A DNA stretch of 57,679 nt from NCBI GenBank assembly GCA_964539925.1, contig CAZILB010000004.1:1-57679 (forward strand), read 5' to 3'. The notes below the pieces were generated by a model, which worked only from the letters and a program-made list of their open reading frames with translations, made no database searches and was not told the origin of the DNA. Below, in pieces: positions 48,570 to 57,641 of the stretch (position 1 is its first letter; each line of letters starts with the position of its first letter). The position numbers and the translations under genes are program-made. This stretch comes from an uncultured Syntrophobacter sp. (lineage in GTDB: Bacteria; Desulfobacterota; Binatia; UBA9968).

Positions 48570-49234
48570 TTCTTGCTCTTCCTTGCCATTGATTTCTCTT
48601 GGCGCGCCTTGGCGACCAGCTTGACGAATTGCTGCATTTCCTTGACGAAGCGTTTCTTGCCTTGCTCAGCCAGCAGATTGCCCAGATAAGCACTGCCGAG
48701 ACAAATGCCGGTCACTCCCAACTTCACGTACTCCATCACGTTTCTCAAATTGACGCCCCCAGAGACCATGAAGCGCGCCTCGGGAAAAGGCCCCTGCATT
48801 TGTCGGATGAAATACGGCCCGCCGGCCAGATCGGCGGGAAATATTTTGATAAGGTCGGCATGGGCGCGCTGCGCCGCGATGATCTCGGTGGGCGTCGCCG
48901 CAGCGGGAAAACAGGCAATGTTCGCCGTATGACACAGGCTAATCAAGTTCAGCTCCAGCGACGGCGAAACGACGAACTCGGCGCCCGCGCCGATGGCGCG
49001 CTCGGCCTGCTGCGGCGCCAGCACCGTGCCGGCGCCGATGTGGATATTCCTCAGTTTTGCAAGCTCCTGAATAACATCCAGCGCGCCGGGCACACTGAAG
49101 GTAATTTCGACAAATTTAATTCCACCGGCGGCGGCGGCACTTGCCAGTTCAAGCGCGTCGTCCGGTGTCTTGGAACGTACCACTGCGACGAGTCTGCTCG
49201 CATGTAATTCAACAACGAGGTTGGTTCGGTGCAT
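48566..49234 (-). CDS. KDPG / 4-hydroxy-2-oxoglutarate (class I, Eda-type) aldolase family protein
   Basis: 222-aa ORF with VAVVRS...FVEITFSVPGA...GAGTVL...FVVSP...IKIFPA (Schiff-base Lys context)...SGGV. Confidence 0.8.
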   Translation of the reverse strand: MHRTNLVVELHASRLVAVVRSKTPDDALELASAAAAGGIKFVEITFSVPGALDVIQELAKLRNIHIGAGTVLAPQQAERAIGAGAEFVVSPSLELNLISLCHTANIACFPAAATPTEIIAAQRAHADLIKIFPADLAGGPYFIRQMQGPFPEARFMVSGGVNLRNVMEYVKLGVTGICLGSAYLGNLLAEQGKKRFVKEMQQFVKLVAKARQEKSMARKSKK

Positions 49235-49281
49235 CTCTACGTTAATGAGTTTTCGTTTTGTTACGACCTTTTAGCTTTGCG

Positions 49282-49343
49282 GTCATTTCGAGTCGCAGCC
49301 GAGAAATCCTTCCGGAAGGATCTCTCACTTTGTTCGAGATGAC
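49282..49343. repeat. palindromic intergenic element, GTCATTTCG family
   Basis: GTCATTTCGAGTCGCAGCCGAGAAATCCTTCC / GGAAGGATCTCTCACTTTGTTCGAGATGAC. The termini and the GAGA(A/T)ATCCTTCC arms pair, leaving a central internal loop. It lies in the SDR-aldolase spacer. Confidence 0.55.
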
Positions 49344-49388
49344 AATCAAGCAGACTCAGGGTGCGACAGATCAAGATTGAAATTTCGT

Positions 49389-50156
49389 CTAACTCAAACT
49401 CAACCCGCCGTCGACGAGCAGCGTCTGCCCGGTGACAAAGTCGCCGCCGGTGAGGAGTCCAAGAATCGCTCCCGCGATGTCTTCCGGTGTGGCGATGCGT
49501 TGAAGCGGATAACCATCCGAGGCCTTGGCGATGACGTTCTGATACTCGGCGCCGAAATGTTGGCTCATCCACGGCGTATCGGTAAACGCCGGCGCCACGC
49601 AGTTCACCCGCACCTCGGGGGCCATCGCCACGGCCAGACCCCGCGTCATGTAGATCAGCGCCGCTTTTGCCGTGCCGTAAGCGAGAGACGACATGGTGGA
49701 CGGCGCGAGAACGCCGGAAATCGATGAGACGTTGATAATCATTCCACGTTTCGCTTTTAAAAGCCTTGCCGCCGCCCTAGCGCAGCGAAAAGCGCCTTTG
49801 ACGTTGACGTCGAGTATCTCATCCCATATTTCTTCGGTCAGTCCATCGAGGTCCGAGAGTTTAACCCAATGGGTGACTCCCGCGTTGTTGACCATGATAT
49901 CGAGACGTCCAAAGTGATCCTCGATACTCTTCAGCATCGCGCGCACTTGATCGTCGCTCCGGATGTTGGCTTGAACCGCCATCGCTTTTACGCCCGCGCG
50001 CGCGATCTCGCCTGCGAGATCTTCCGCCTCGATGCCGGATTTGCGGTAGTTGATCGCCACGCCGCTGATCCCGGCCTTGGCCAGACCGCGCACCAACGCG
50101 CCGCCGATGCCGCCGGCCCCACCGGTGACCAGCGCTACTCTGCCTTGAAGCTCCAT
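49389..50156 (-). CDS. SDR-family oxidoreductase (FabG-like)
   Basis: ORF 49389..50237. Start set at ATG 50156 (MELQGRVALVTGGAGGIGGAL) with a GGAG SD. Carries NNAG and the S...YxxxK triad (YGTAKAA). Confidence 0.9.
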   Translation of the reverse strand: MELQGRVALVTGGAGGIGGALVRGLAKAGISGVAINYRKSGIEAEDLAGEIARAGVKAMAVQANIRSDDQVRAMLKSIEDHFGRLDIMVNNAGVTHWVKLSDLDGLTEEIWDEILDVNVKGAFRCARAAARLLKAKRGMIINVSSISGVLAPSTMSSLAYGTAKAALIYMTRGLAVAMAPEVRVNCVAPAFTDTPWMSQHFGAEYQNVIAKASDGYPLQRIATPEDIAGAILGLLTGGDFVTGQTLLVDGGLSLS

Positions 50157-50242
50157 GCGCTCACTCCGCTCGCCATTATGGGTTGCAAATTTCAGGCTCC
50201 AGTCTTCCTGGTGGAATTTGTAATCTGAATTTTGCAATACTC

Positions 50243-51967
50243 CTACCGTCCGCTGCGAAGTTCATCCGTTCTGCCTGGATCAACGACCCAGCTCTCCGGC
50301 AGCTTGACCAAATCATCAACTTTACCGGTATAACACACCGCGACGCCGTACTTTCTTTGCGCCTCCTGGGGCGTGATATAGCCTTCGACGACATCCCAAC
50401 GGACTCTTTCGACTTCGCGTTTGAGGGGATCGCCGTAACCGCCGCCGCCCGGCAAATCGACGTGCACCACATCGCCCGCTTTGAGATCCATCAACGCTTT
50501 GGCGTGGAGCCTTGGCCCGTTTTCCAGACTCACCGAGCCCGTCGCTCCGGCTTGGCCGCCGAGCAAGCCCGGCGCGGCATACTCGGTGCGATCAGCGATC
50601 GAGCTTACGCTCCATTTGCCCTCGCCGCGCCGCGCAAATTCCGTCAACTGGCCGAGCCCCCCGCGCCAGGTTCCCGCCCCGCCGGAATCGGGCCTGAGCT
50701 GGCGCCGCTTCAAAACTACCGGCGACAGGCTCTCGATCACCTCTGCCGGTACGCCCGCCACCCCGCTCGGGAAACCAACCGCATTCAAGCCGTCTTTCGT
50801 CGGGCGCGCGCCGGTGCCGCCGACTTGAAAAACCGTCAACGTAAACGGCGGATCCTGCCCGCGCCAGACACTCAGCCAGATCGGATCCGAACCCGGCGCC
50901 ATCAGCCGCCCCGGCATGGCGCCGGACATCGCGGCGAAGATCGCGCTCGGGATGAAGTGGCCGATTACCTGGCGGCTCGCCACCGGCGCCGGATCGAGAG
51001 CGTTGAGAATGCTTCCCGGCGGCGCGCTCACGTGCACCGGACGAAAGCTGCCTTCATTGTGCGGCACGTCGGGGCAGATCGCCGCTTTGATCGCAAAGCT
51101 CGCGTAGGCGTGGGTGTAGTTGAGCACGACGTTGATGCCGCGGCCGCTCTGGGGCGAAGAGCCGGCGAAGTCAATAAAAATCTCGTCGCCGGCGACTTTC
51201 ACCGCGCAGCGCACGACAATCGGCTCTTCAAAACCGTCGCTCCAGGTTTCATTATGCCACTCCCCGCCGGGGAGATTGCGAATCTCGGCGCGTACCGCGG
51301 CTTCCGAACGGTGGATGATCTCTTCGGAAACCGCATCGATGGATTCAAGGCCGAACTCATCCATCATTTCTAACAGCGCCCGCCCACCGGCGTCGTTGCA
51401 GGCGGTCTGGGCGTAGAAATCGCCGACGACTTCATCGGGTTGGCGCACGTTGGTGCGCACGATCTGCATGAGAATCTTGTTCGGCTCGCCGCCGTCGAAC
51501 AGCTTCATGATCGGAATGCGCAAGCCTTCTTCGAAAACCTCGCGCGCTTCGGCGGAGAGAATCCGCCCGCCGATGTCGGCACTGTGGCAGGTGTTGGCGA
51601 ATAGCGCGACCATTCTTCCGCGGCGAAAAATCGGCGTGGTGATGGTGATATCGTTGATCTGCCCGGCCGTCTGCCAGGGATCGTTGGTGATCAGAACATC
51701 TCCCGGTGCCAGCTTGTCCGGCGGAAACGCCGCGAGAAAATGTTTCATCGACGTGGCCATGGCGTTGATATGCCCCGGCGTACCGCTGAGCGATTGGGCG
51801 ACCATCCGCCCTTTTGTGTCGAACAGACCGCAGGCAAGATCCTGGCTCTCGCGCACGATGGTGCTGAAGGCCGTGCGGATCAAAGCGTCCTGCTGCTCGT
51901 TTGCCACGGACAAGAAACGGTTCCAGATCACCTCCAAAGTCACGGGATCTATCGCTTTATTTTCCAT
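50243..51967 (-). CDS. hyuB: hydantoinase B / oxoprolinase family protein (ATP-dependent hydantoinase/lactamase/carboxylase catalytic subunit)
   Basis: 574-aa ORF with IDPVTLEVIWNRFLSVANEQQDALIRTAFSTIVRESQDLACGLFD, the typical Hydantoinase_B start. Overlaps the hyuA stop by 11 nt. Confidence 0.9.
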   Translation of the reverse strand: MENKAIDPVTLEVIWNRFLSVANEQQDALIRTAFSTIVRESQDLACGLFDTKGRMVAQSLSGTPGHINAMATSMKHFLAAFPPDKLAPGDVLITNDPWQTAGQINDITITTPIFRRGRMVALFANTCHSADIGGRILSAEAREVFEEGLRIPIMKLFDGGEPNKILMQIVRTNVRQPDEVVGDFYAQTACNDAGGRALLEMMDEFGLESIDAVSEEIIHRSEAAVRAEIRNLPGGEWHNETWSDGFEEPIVVRCAVKVAGDEIFIDFAGSSPQSGRGINVVLNYTHAYASFAIKAAICPDVPHNEGSFRPVHVSAPPGSILNALDPAPVASRQVIGHFIPSAIFAAMSGAMPGRLMAPGSDPIWLSVWRGQDPPFTLTVFQVGGTGARPTKDGLNAVGFPSGVAGVPAEVIESLSPVVLKRRQLRPDSGGAGTWRGGLGQLTEFARRGEGKWSVSSIADRTEYAAPGLLGGQAGATGSVSLENGPRLHAKALMDLKAGDVVHVDLPGGGGYGDPLKREVERVRWDVVEGYITPQEAQRKYGVAVCYTGKVDDLVKLPESWVVDPGRTDELRSGR

Positions 51968-54038
51968 TGCCCAACTCCGTGATGATGTTCAAGTTCTGAT
52001 CCATCTGGGCGCGGCAATAAAGACCGATGATCAAGGTCGACTCGCGCTCTTCGACGATGGCCGGGCCGGCGAACTTCACCCCCGGTTCGAGCGCGTAGCG
52101 GTCATAGATCGCGGTCTCCACATAACCGCCCTGTTCAGGGAAATAAGCCGGGCGCGACCCCTTGCGCGCAGCTTCGCCTTTTTCTGTTCCGTTACGAGGA
52201 ATCTTCAGAGTCGTCTCCGGGCGCGGCCCGCTCGCCACCACGCGCCAATTGATCACCTCCAGCGGCACATCCGGCCCCTTGCGGCCGTAGAGCGCCCGGT
52301 AAGCTCCTTCGAATGCCGCCGCGATGCGCGGTCGGTGCGCCGCTCTCAGAGCGCCGTCGGGCAGCGCAACAGAGACTTCATGTCCTTGTCCGACGTAGCG
52401 CATGTCGGCGGTGCGCTGATAGCTCACTAGACGCGCGTCTAATCCCGAGCTCTCTAATATTTTCCGTCCCTCCGCGGCCATCTCGTCGAGCAGACCGTTG
52501 GCAAAATCCCAGTCCAGCTCATCCAACCTGCTGTAGGCGCTGCGCACGAAATCGAAGGCCAGCGGTGCCGCGAGGAGACCGAAGGTCGAGCCCACCCCGG
52601 CGCCAAAAGGCGATATCAAAGCCGGCAAGCGAAGTATCTCGGCAACGCGATAACCGTGCACCGGTCCCGCGCCGCCGAAGGCATACATCGGCATGCGCCG
52701 GGGGTCCTTGCCGCGCTCGCCGAGATGGGCACGGGCCGCGTTGGCCATGTTCTCGTTAACGATCTGATGAATACCCCAAGCCACCTGCTCGGGAGTCAGG
52801 CCGAGCTTTTCTCCCAAGCGACCGAGCGCCTTGCGCGCGCCGTCGAGATCCAACTCCATTTGGCCGCCGAGAAAATAGTTTGCGTCGAGATAGCCGAGCA
52901 CGAGATCGGCATCGGTAACCGTCGGCTCGGTGCCACCTTGCCGATAGCAGACCGGCCCCGGATCGGCGCCCGAGCTTTCCGGTCCGACTTTGAGCAGTCC
53001 GAGGGAGTCGACCCGCGCGATGCTGCCGCCGCCAGCGCCGATCTCAATCATATCGATGACCGGAATTCTGACCGGCAATCCGCTGCCCTTGCGAAAGCGA
53101 TAGACACGATCGACTTCAAACTCATGGGTCTTGAGCGGTTGTCCGTCCTCGATGACGCAAAGTTTCGCCGTGGTGCCGCCCATATCGAAGGAAAGCAAAT
53201 CTCGATGGCCGCAGAGCATGCCGGCCTGGGCCGCGGCGAGCGCCCCCGCGGCCGGTCCCGATTCGAGCAGGCGCACCGGAAAACGGGCCGCCGTTTCACG
53301 CGTGGCGATGCCGCCGCTCGAGAGCATAACGAAGAAGCTGCCGGCGAAACCGATCTTATCGAGCCGTGCTTGCAGTTGCGTGAGATAATCCGACACTCGC
53401 TCTTGAACGTACACGTTGGCCAGCGTCGTGCTGGTGCGCTGGAACTCGCGGATTTCAGCGACGACCTCGGAGCTGAGCGAAACGCGAATTTCTGGGGCCA
53501 TTTCGGCGATGATCGCCGCTGTGCGCTGCTCGTGCACCGGATTGCGAAAGCTATTCAGATAGCAAACGCCAATCGCCTTGATTCCATTGTCACGCAGCTC
53601 GGCGACCAGCCGCCGCAGGAAGGATTCGTCCAGCGCCTGAAGCACGCTGCCGTCGGCGGCCATACGCTCGGGCACATCGAAGCGCAGATGGCGCGGCACC
53701 AGCGGTTTCGGAAGCTCCAGATTAAGGTCGTAAAGCTCGTAGCGATGCTCGCGGCCGATCTCGACGGCGTCGCGAAAGCCTGAAGTCGTAAGCAGCGCCG
53801 TGGGCGCGCCCTTGCGCTCGATCAGCGCATTGGTGACCAGCGTCGTGCCATGGATCAATGTGCCGCGCTCCCCGTCCTCGACTCGGCCGTTGTCGAACAC
53901 GGGACGCAAAGCATTCTCCACCGCCAGGCTCGGATCCGCCGGGGTGGTCAGAGTCTTGCCGATCACGGCGCTGCCGTCCTCGCCGACCAAGAGCATGTCG
54001 GTGAACGTTCCCCCGATATCGATGCCGACGCGGTACAT
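51957..54038 (-). CDS. hyuA: hydantoinase A / oxoprolinase family protein (ATP-binding subunit)
   Basis: 693-aa ORF with MYRVGIDIGGTFTDMLL and DMGGTTAKL, indicating the ASKHA-fold Hydantoinase_A/Hydant_A_N layout. Confidence 0.9.
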   Translation of the reverse strand: MYRVGIDIGGTFTDMLLVGEDGSAVIGKTLTTPADPSLAVENALRPVFDNGRVEDGERGTLIHGTTLVTNALIERKGAPTALLTTSGFRDAVEIGREHRYELYDLNLELPKPLVPRHLRFDVPERMAADGSVLQALDESFLRRLVAELRDNGIKAIGVCYLNSFRNPVHEQRTAAIIAEMAPEIRVSLSSEVVAEIREFQRTSTTLANVYVQERVSDYLTQLQARLDKIGFAGSFFVMLSSGGIATRETAARFPVRLLESGPAAGALAAAQAGMLCGHRDLLSFDMGGTTAKLCVIEDGQPLKTHEFEVDRVYRFRKGSGLPVRIPVIDMIEIGAGGGSIARVDSLGLLKVGPESSGADPGPVCYRQGGTEPTVTDADLVLGYLDANYFLGGQMELDLDGARKALGRLGEKLGLTPEQVAWGIHQIVNENMANAARAHLGERGKDPRRMPMYAFGGAGPVHGYRVAEILRLPALISPFGAGVGSTFGLLAAPLAFDFVRSAYSRLDELDWDFANGLLDEMAAEGRKILESSGLDARLVSYQRTADMRYVGQGHEVSVALPDGALRAAHRPRIAAAFEGAYRALYGRKGPDVPLEVINWRVVASGPRPETTLKIPRNGTEKGEAARKGSRPAYFPEQGGYVETAIYDRYALEPGVKFAGPAIVEERESTLIIGLYCRAQMDQNLNIITELGNGK

Positions 54039-54046
54039 GACGCAGT

Positions 54047-54138
54047 CAGTTCAACGGTTCAAAGTTCCAGGTTCAAGGTTCCCCAACTCCCGTCGCACGA
54101 TCCGAATCAAGACCTTGAACTGTTGAACCTTGAACAAA
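54047..54138. repeat. GTTCAA/TTGAAC hexamer-cluster element (3 forward plus 3 inverted copies)
   Basis: GTTCAA occurs at 54049, 54057 and 54071; TTGAAC occurs at 54115, 54123 and 54130. GTTCAAGGT (54071..54079) pairs perfectly with ACCTTGAAC (54112..54120). The element fills the LLM-hyuA spacer. Confidence 0.6.
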
Positions 54139-54141
54139 TTT

Positions 54142-55161
54142 CTACTGAGCAAACAGATCGAGCAATCGCTGCGTTTGATGCGCGGCCGCGGGCCGGAGCA
54201 GCGGCACCTGAACGCCGGCGTCGCGGTATTGCTGCACGCGCTTTTTTACTTCCTCCGGCGTGCCGCTGGCGGTCATGCCTTCGACGTAGGAGTCGGGAAT
54301 CGCCCTGATCAAGCCCTCCATGCCGCCTTCGGCGTGGGCCTTTTCGAATAGCGGGATGTCTTCCTTATGAATGTACGGCTCGCCGACGCGCATTTTGGGG
54401 CCGGCAATAAAAGAAATCTGCACCGGATCGAGCTTGGTCGCCACTTCCCAGCGCACCGCGTCGAGCGCCGTTTTGTGATCGTCCTCGATCGAACAATTGA
54501 TGATCTGCGCGACGAAAAACTTCGAAATATCCCGCCCTGCCTTTTCCGCCGATTCGCGGATGATCCTGAGCGCATTGACGGTGTATTCCGGAGAACAGAC
54601 CGCGTTCAGGATCACGCCGTCGCCGATCTCGCCGGCGAGACGCAGGCCAACCGTAGCCGTAGCCGGCACATAGAAGGGAATATTGGTGCGAACCGGCTTC
54701 CAGCCGAGACCGACGCTATCAAAATTGACGAATTTACCATGATAAGAAACCTTTTCGCCACTGAGCAAAAGGCGCATCGACTCGATATACTCGCGCAGCA
54801 CCTCGGAGGGCGTCGCCCCCACTTCTACCGGCAGCGCGTGCACCCGCGCGTGGCTCTTGGTGCAGGCGCCCGGCGCCAGGGTCAGCCGACCGCCGGTCAA
54901 CTCATCGATGGTTGCCAGCGTCTGAGCCATCACCACGGGTCCGCGCAAGCGGACGATCTGCGTAGTTCCCATTTGCAGCTTCTGGGTCGCCAAACCGATG
55001 GCTGCAAGCGAGCTCACCGAGTCACGCATCAGCTCGATAGTCTCCGAAAAAAAAGCCATCTCGAAGCCGCGCTCTTCGGCCTGTTTCATGACCTGCGCCA
55101 TTTCCCTGACGTTGGTAAATTTCCCATAGCCCAACGCGTATCCGACTCGTTGCTTCGCCAT
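54142..55161 (-). CDS. LLM-class (luciferase-like) flavin/F420-dependent oxidoreductase
   Basis: 339-aa ORF with VGYALGYG...ERGFEMAFFSE...GGRLTLAPGAC...GDGVILN..., indicating a TIM-barrel LLM pattern. Confidence 0.85.
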   Translation of the reverse strand: MAKQRVGYALGYGKFTNVREMAQVMKQAEERGFEMAFFSETIELMRDSVSSLAAIGLATQKLQMGTTQIVRLRGPVVMAQTLATIDELTGGRLTLAPGACTKSHARVHALPVEVGATPSEVLREYIESMRLLLSGEKVSYHGKFVNFDSVGLGWKPVRTNIPFYVPATATVGLRLAGEIGDGVILNAVCSPEYTVNALRIIRESAEKAGRDISKFFVAQIINCSIEDDHKTALDAVRWEVATKLDPVQISFIAGPKMRVGEPYIHKEDIPLFEKAHAEGGMEGLIRAIPDSYVEGMTASGTPEEVKKRVQQYRDAGVQVPLLRPAAAHQTQRLLDLFAQ

Positions 55162-55297
55162 CCCGATAATCCTCCCGGTCCAATGGAACTCCCGACGTTA
55201 CGGCCGTCAAGAATCGAGCGTCGATTATAGTCCGATTCTTACGCAAACGCGACTGGGACGTCAACGCGGGCCGACGGGGAAGGATCGGAGCGGTCGA

Positions 55298-55340
55298 GGG
55301 ATGGAGTGTTGGGCGGGGAATCGTCCCAACACGCCATCCC
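55298..55340 (-). other. strong intercistronic stem-loop after the SBP gene
   Basis: GGGATGG-a-GTGTTGGG, an 11-nt loop, then CCCAACAC-g-CCATCCC (15 bp with one mismatch), starting 11 nt after the SBP stop. No U-run follows on the coding (minus) strand. Confidence 0.5.
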
Positions 55341-55351
55341 ACTTATTTTGT

Positions 55352-56872
55352 CTACCGAACTTTCATGTTCCAGCCAAAGATCCGCTCGCTCGGCAGCGGC
55401 CGGTAGTCGACGTTCTTGGCCATGCCGAACAACAGTTGGTGGCGCCAGAGAAAATGCGCCGGCGCTTCTTCGGTGATAAGGCTCATGGCCTGGGCGAGAA
55501 TTTTCTTTCGTTTGGCCGGATCGAAGGTCTGCCGTTCCAGCTTCAAGAGCTCATCGACCTTCGGGTTCGAGTAACCGATGCGCGGCGACGCGCCGGTCTC
55601 GAAATACTGTGCCAGCGCCGCGCTGGGATCGACGACGCCGCCGCGGCCCATGTAATAGAACGGCACCTTTCCAGTCTGGACGTTGGCCCAGAGGGTGGCC
55701 CATTCGGGCGTGAGCAGCTTGGTGCGTATGCCGACGGCGTTGAGCATGGGGACCATCGCTTCTGTGATCTGCTTGTCCAGCGTGTAACGGCCTACCGGTG
55801 TGGACAACTCGACATCGACACCGTTGGGGTACCCGGCCTGCTTCAAAAGCTCACGGGCCTTTTCGGGGTTGTAAGTATATTTGGGCTGCAAGTTGGGATC
55901 GTAGCCGTACTGGCCTTCGCCGATCGGACCATCGAGCCGCGACGCTTCGCCTCGAAGCAACGTCTTAATGATCGTGTCCCGATCGATGGCATAGGCCACG
56001 GCTTGCCGGACCAGCTTGTTCTCCCAAGGTTTGACGCTGGGCATCATCGCCAAAAACATGATTTCGGCCGTGTGAAACTTGACGATCTTGTGATTGGCGC
56101 TGCGCTCCACCCGCTCGCGCAGATGCGGCGGCACGAACTGGGCGATTTGAATCTCGTTGTTTAAAAGCGCTGTCACCCGCTGTTCGGGCTCGCGCATGTT
56201 GCGGAAAACGATCTCATCGGGCGCCTGCGGATACTGTTTCCACATGGGATGAGATTTGTCTTTGCCGATCACCAGGCGCTGGCCGGGAATAAGCTCGCGA
56301 AACTTGTAGGGTCCGGCGCCGAAAGGATGTTTGCGATCGGCAACCTCAGGGCCGTACTTGTCGTAGAGTTGCTTGCTGGTCACGATGATCCGATCGAAGA
56401 GATAATCCAATAAAGGCGCCGTTGGAATTTTTGTGGTGACTTGCACGGTGTAATCATTGAGAGCCTTTTCGCTCGCCACGGCGGCGATGTTTTGCCGCTG
56501 TTTGCTGTGCGGATCGCTGCGCGTGCGCCCCATGGAGTGCACGATATCGTGCGCCGTCACCGGCAAACCGTTGTGGAACTTGAGGCCCCGGCGCACGTGA
56601 AAGATCCAGGTGTTCGGGTCCTTGACCTCCCAGCGCTCGACGACCAGTCCCACATGCTGGCCCTTGTCGAAATCGTAGGTGCCCAGACATCCCAGCACCT
56701 GGCACCAGATGCTGTACATGAGCGAGACGCTGTCGGCGTAAGGATTGAAAGTATCCATGGTCTCGGTCACGCCGATGGAAATTCGCGTCTCGGCTCCCAG
56801 AGCGCGCCCGGAAATCGCGACGATGTAGAGCAGCAAGGTTAACGCCAAGAATATTTTTATGGTTTGCTTCAT
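55352..56872 (-). CDS. ABC transporter substrate-binding protein, family 5 (peptide/opine/nickel type)
   Basis: ORF 55352..56911. Start set at ATG 56872 (MKQTIKIFLALTLLLYIVAISGRALG signal peptide) with a GGGAGG SD. SBP_bac_5-like body (...WEVKDPNTWIFHVRRGLKFHNG...). Confidence 0.9.
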   Translation of the reverse strand: MKQTIKIFLALTLLLYIVAISGRALGAETRISIGVTETMDTFNPYADSVSLMYSIWCQVLGCLGTYDFDKGQHVGLVVERWEVKDPNTWIFHVRRGLKFHNGLPVTAHDIVHSMGRTRSDPHSKQRQNIAAVASEKALNDYTVQVTTKIPTAPLLDYLFDRIIVTSKQLYDKYGPEVADRKHPFGAGPYKFRELIPGQRLVIGKDKSHPMWKQYPQAPDEIVFRNMREPEQRVTALLNNEIQIAQFVPPHLRERVERSANHKIVKFHTAEIMFLAMMPSVKPWENKLVRQAVAYAIDRDTIIKTLLRGEASRLDGPIGEGQYGYDPNLQPKYTYNPEKARELLKQAGYPNGVDVELSTPVGRYTLDKQITEAMVPMLNAVGIRTKLLTPEWATLWANVQTGKVPFYYMGRGGVVDPSAALAQYFETGASPRIGYSNPKVDELLKLERQTFDPAKRKKILAQAMSLITEEAPAHFLWRHQLLFGMAKNVDYRPLPSERIFGWNMKVR

Positions 56873-57030
56873 GGCTCGGCCTCCCAGGGTTTTCCGACCG
56901 GCGATCCGCATTTCATTCGAGGCGTCGGCGAGTTTCTCCGGGTTGAAGGACTTCTCGCCCGCATAACCAACCGCACCTCGTGTCCAATTCCATCCGGCCC
57001 GTCATTCTATCGCGGTCATGGCGCTTGTTG

Positions 57031-57366
57031 TCAATCGCTTTTCTCGAAGGTTCCCCTCGTCTGTTTACTTTCCGCGTGCTGGATCACCTCATGCATCTCA
57101 AAAACGTTGGGGCCGGAAAATATCTCTGCCGGCGGCCGGTTGCGGTGCGCTTCTTTGAACTCCTCGCTCTCGGTCCAGGCGCGGAAGGAGGCTTCATCCT
57201 GCCAGTGGGTAAGGACGATGTAATAGTCGCCTTTGAGCGGCCGCAAAATTTCCAGGCGAACGAAGCCTGGTCGATTTTCCACCAGCCGCGCCCGCCCCTC
57301 GAATCTTTTTTCGAACTCTTGTTCCTGCCCCTTGGCGACTTGAAGCCGATTAGAAACCACAATCAT
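57031..57366 (-). CDS. antibiotic-biosynthesis-monooxygenase (ABM, HmoA-like) domain protein
   Basis: 111-aa ORF with MIVVSNRLQVAKGQEQEFEKRFEGRARLVENRPGFVRLEILRP...YIVLTHWQDEASFRAWTESEEFKEAH, the classic ferredoxin-like ABM pattern. Confidence 0.8.
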   Translation of the reverse strand: MIVVSNRLQVAKGQEQEFEKRFEGRARLVENRPGFVRLEILRPLKGDYYIVLTHWQDEASFRAWTESEEFKEAHRNRPPAEIFSGPNVFEMHEVIQHAESKQTRGTFEKSD

Positions 57367-57578
57367 AATGGAATCTCCTGCGACTCGCCGTTATGGCGGC
57401 ATACTGATTTTCGATTGAGGCCGCTACCGGCCGGCCTTATCGGCCGGCATCTCCTGCTCCTCCGCTTCCCAAGCCTGCAGCCGACCGTGGCGGCGCTTCA
57501 TCATTCTGTTACCGCGTTGTCTGTGCCCAGATCAAGGTCCTCGACTTATGCAAAGGCAGAAAATTCCCCTCGCCATCC

Positions 57579-57607
57579 TTGACAGACCTCGCGGTCGGGC
57601 CTATGTG
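57579..57607 (+). promoter_or_regulatory. possible promoter for the truncated plus-strand gene at the window end
   Basis: TTGACA (57579..57584), a 17-nt spacer, then TATGTG (57602..57607). Confidence 0.3.
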
Positions 57608-57641
57608 TGCGGCAGAGTTTGAGAGCCCAAGGAGAATCGCG

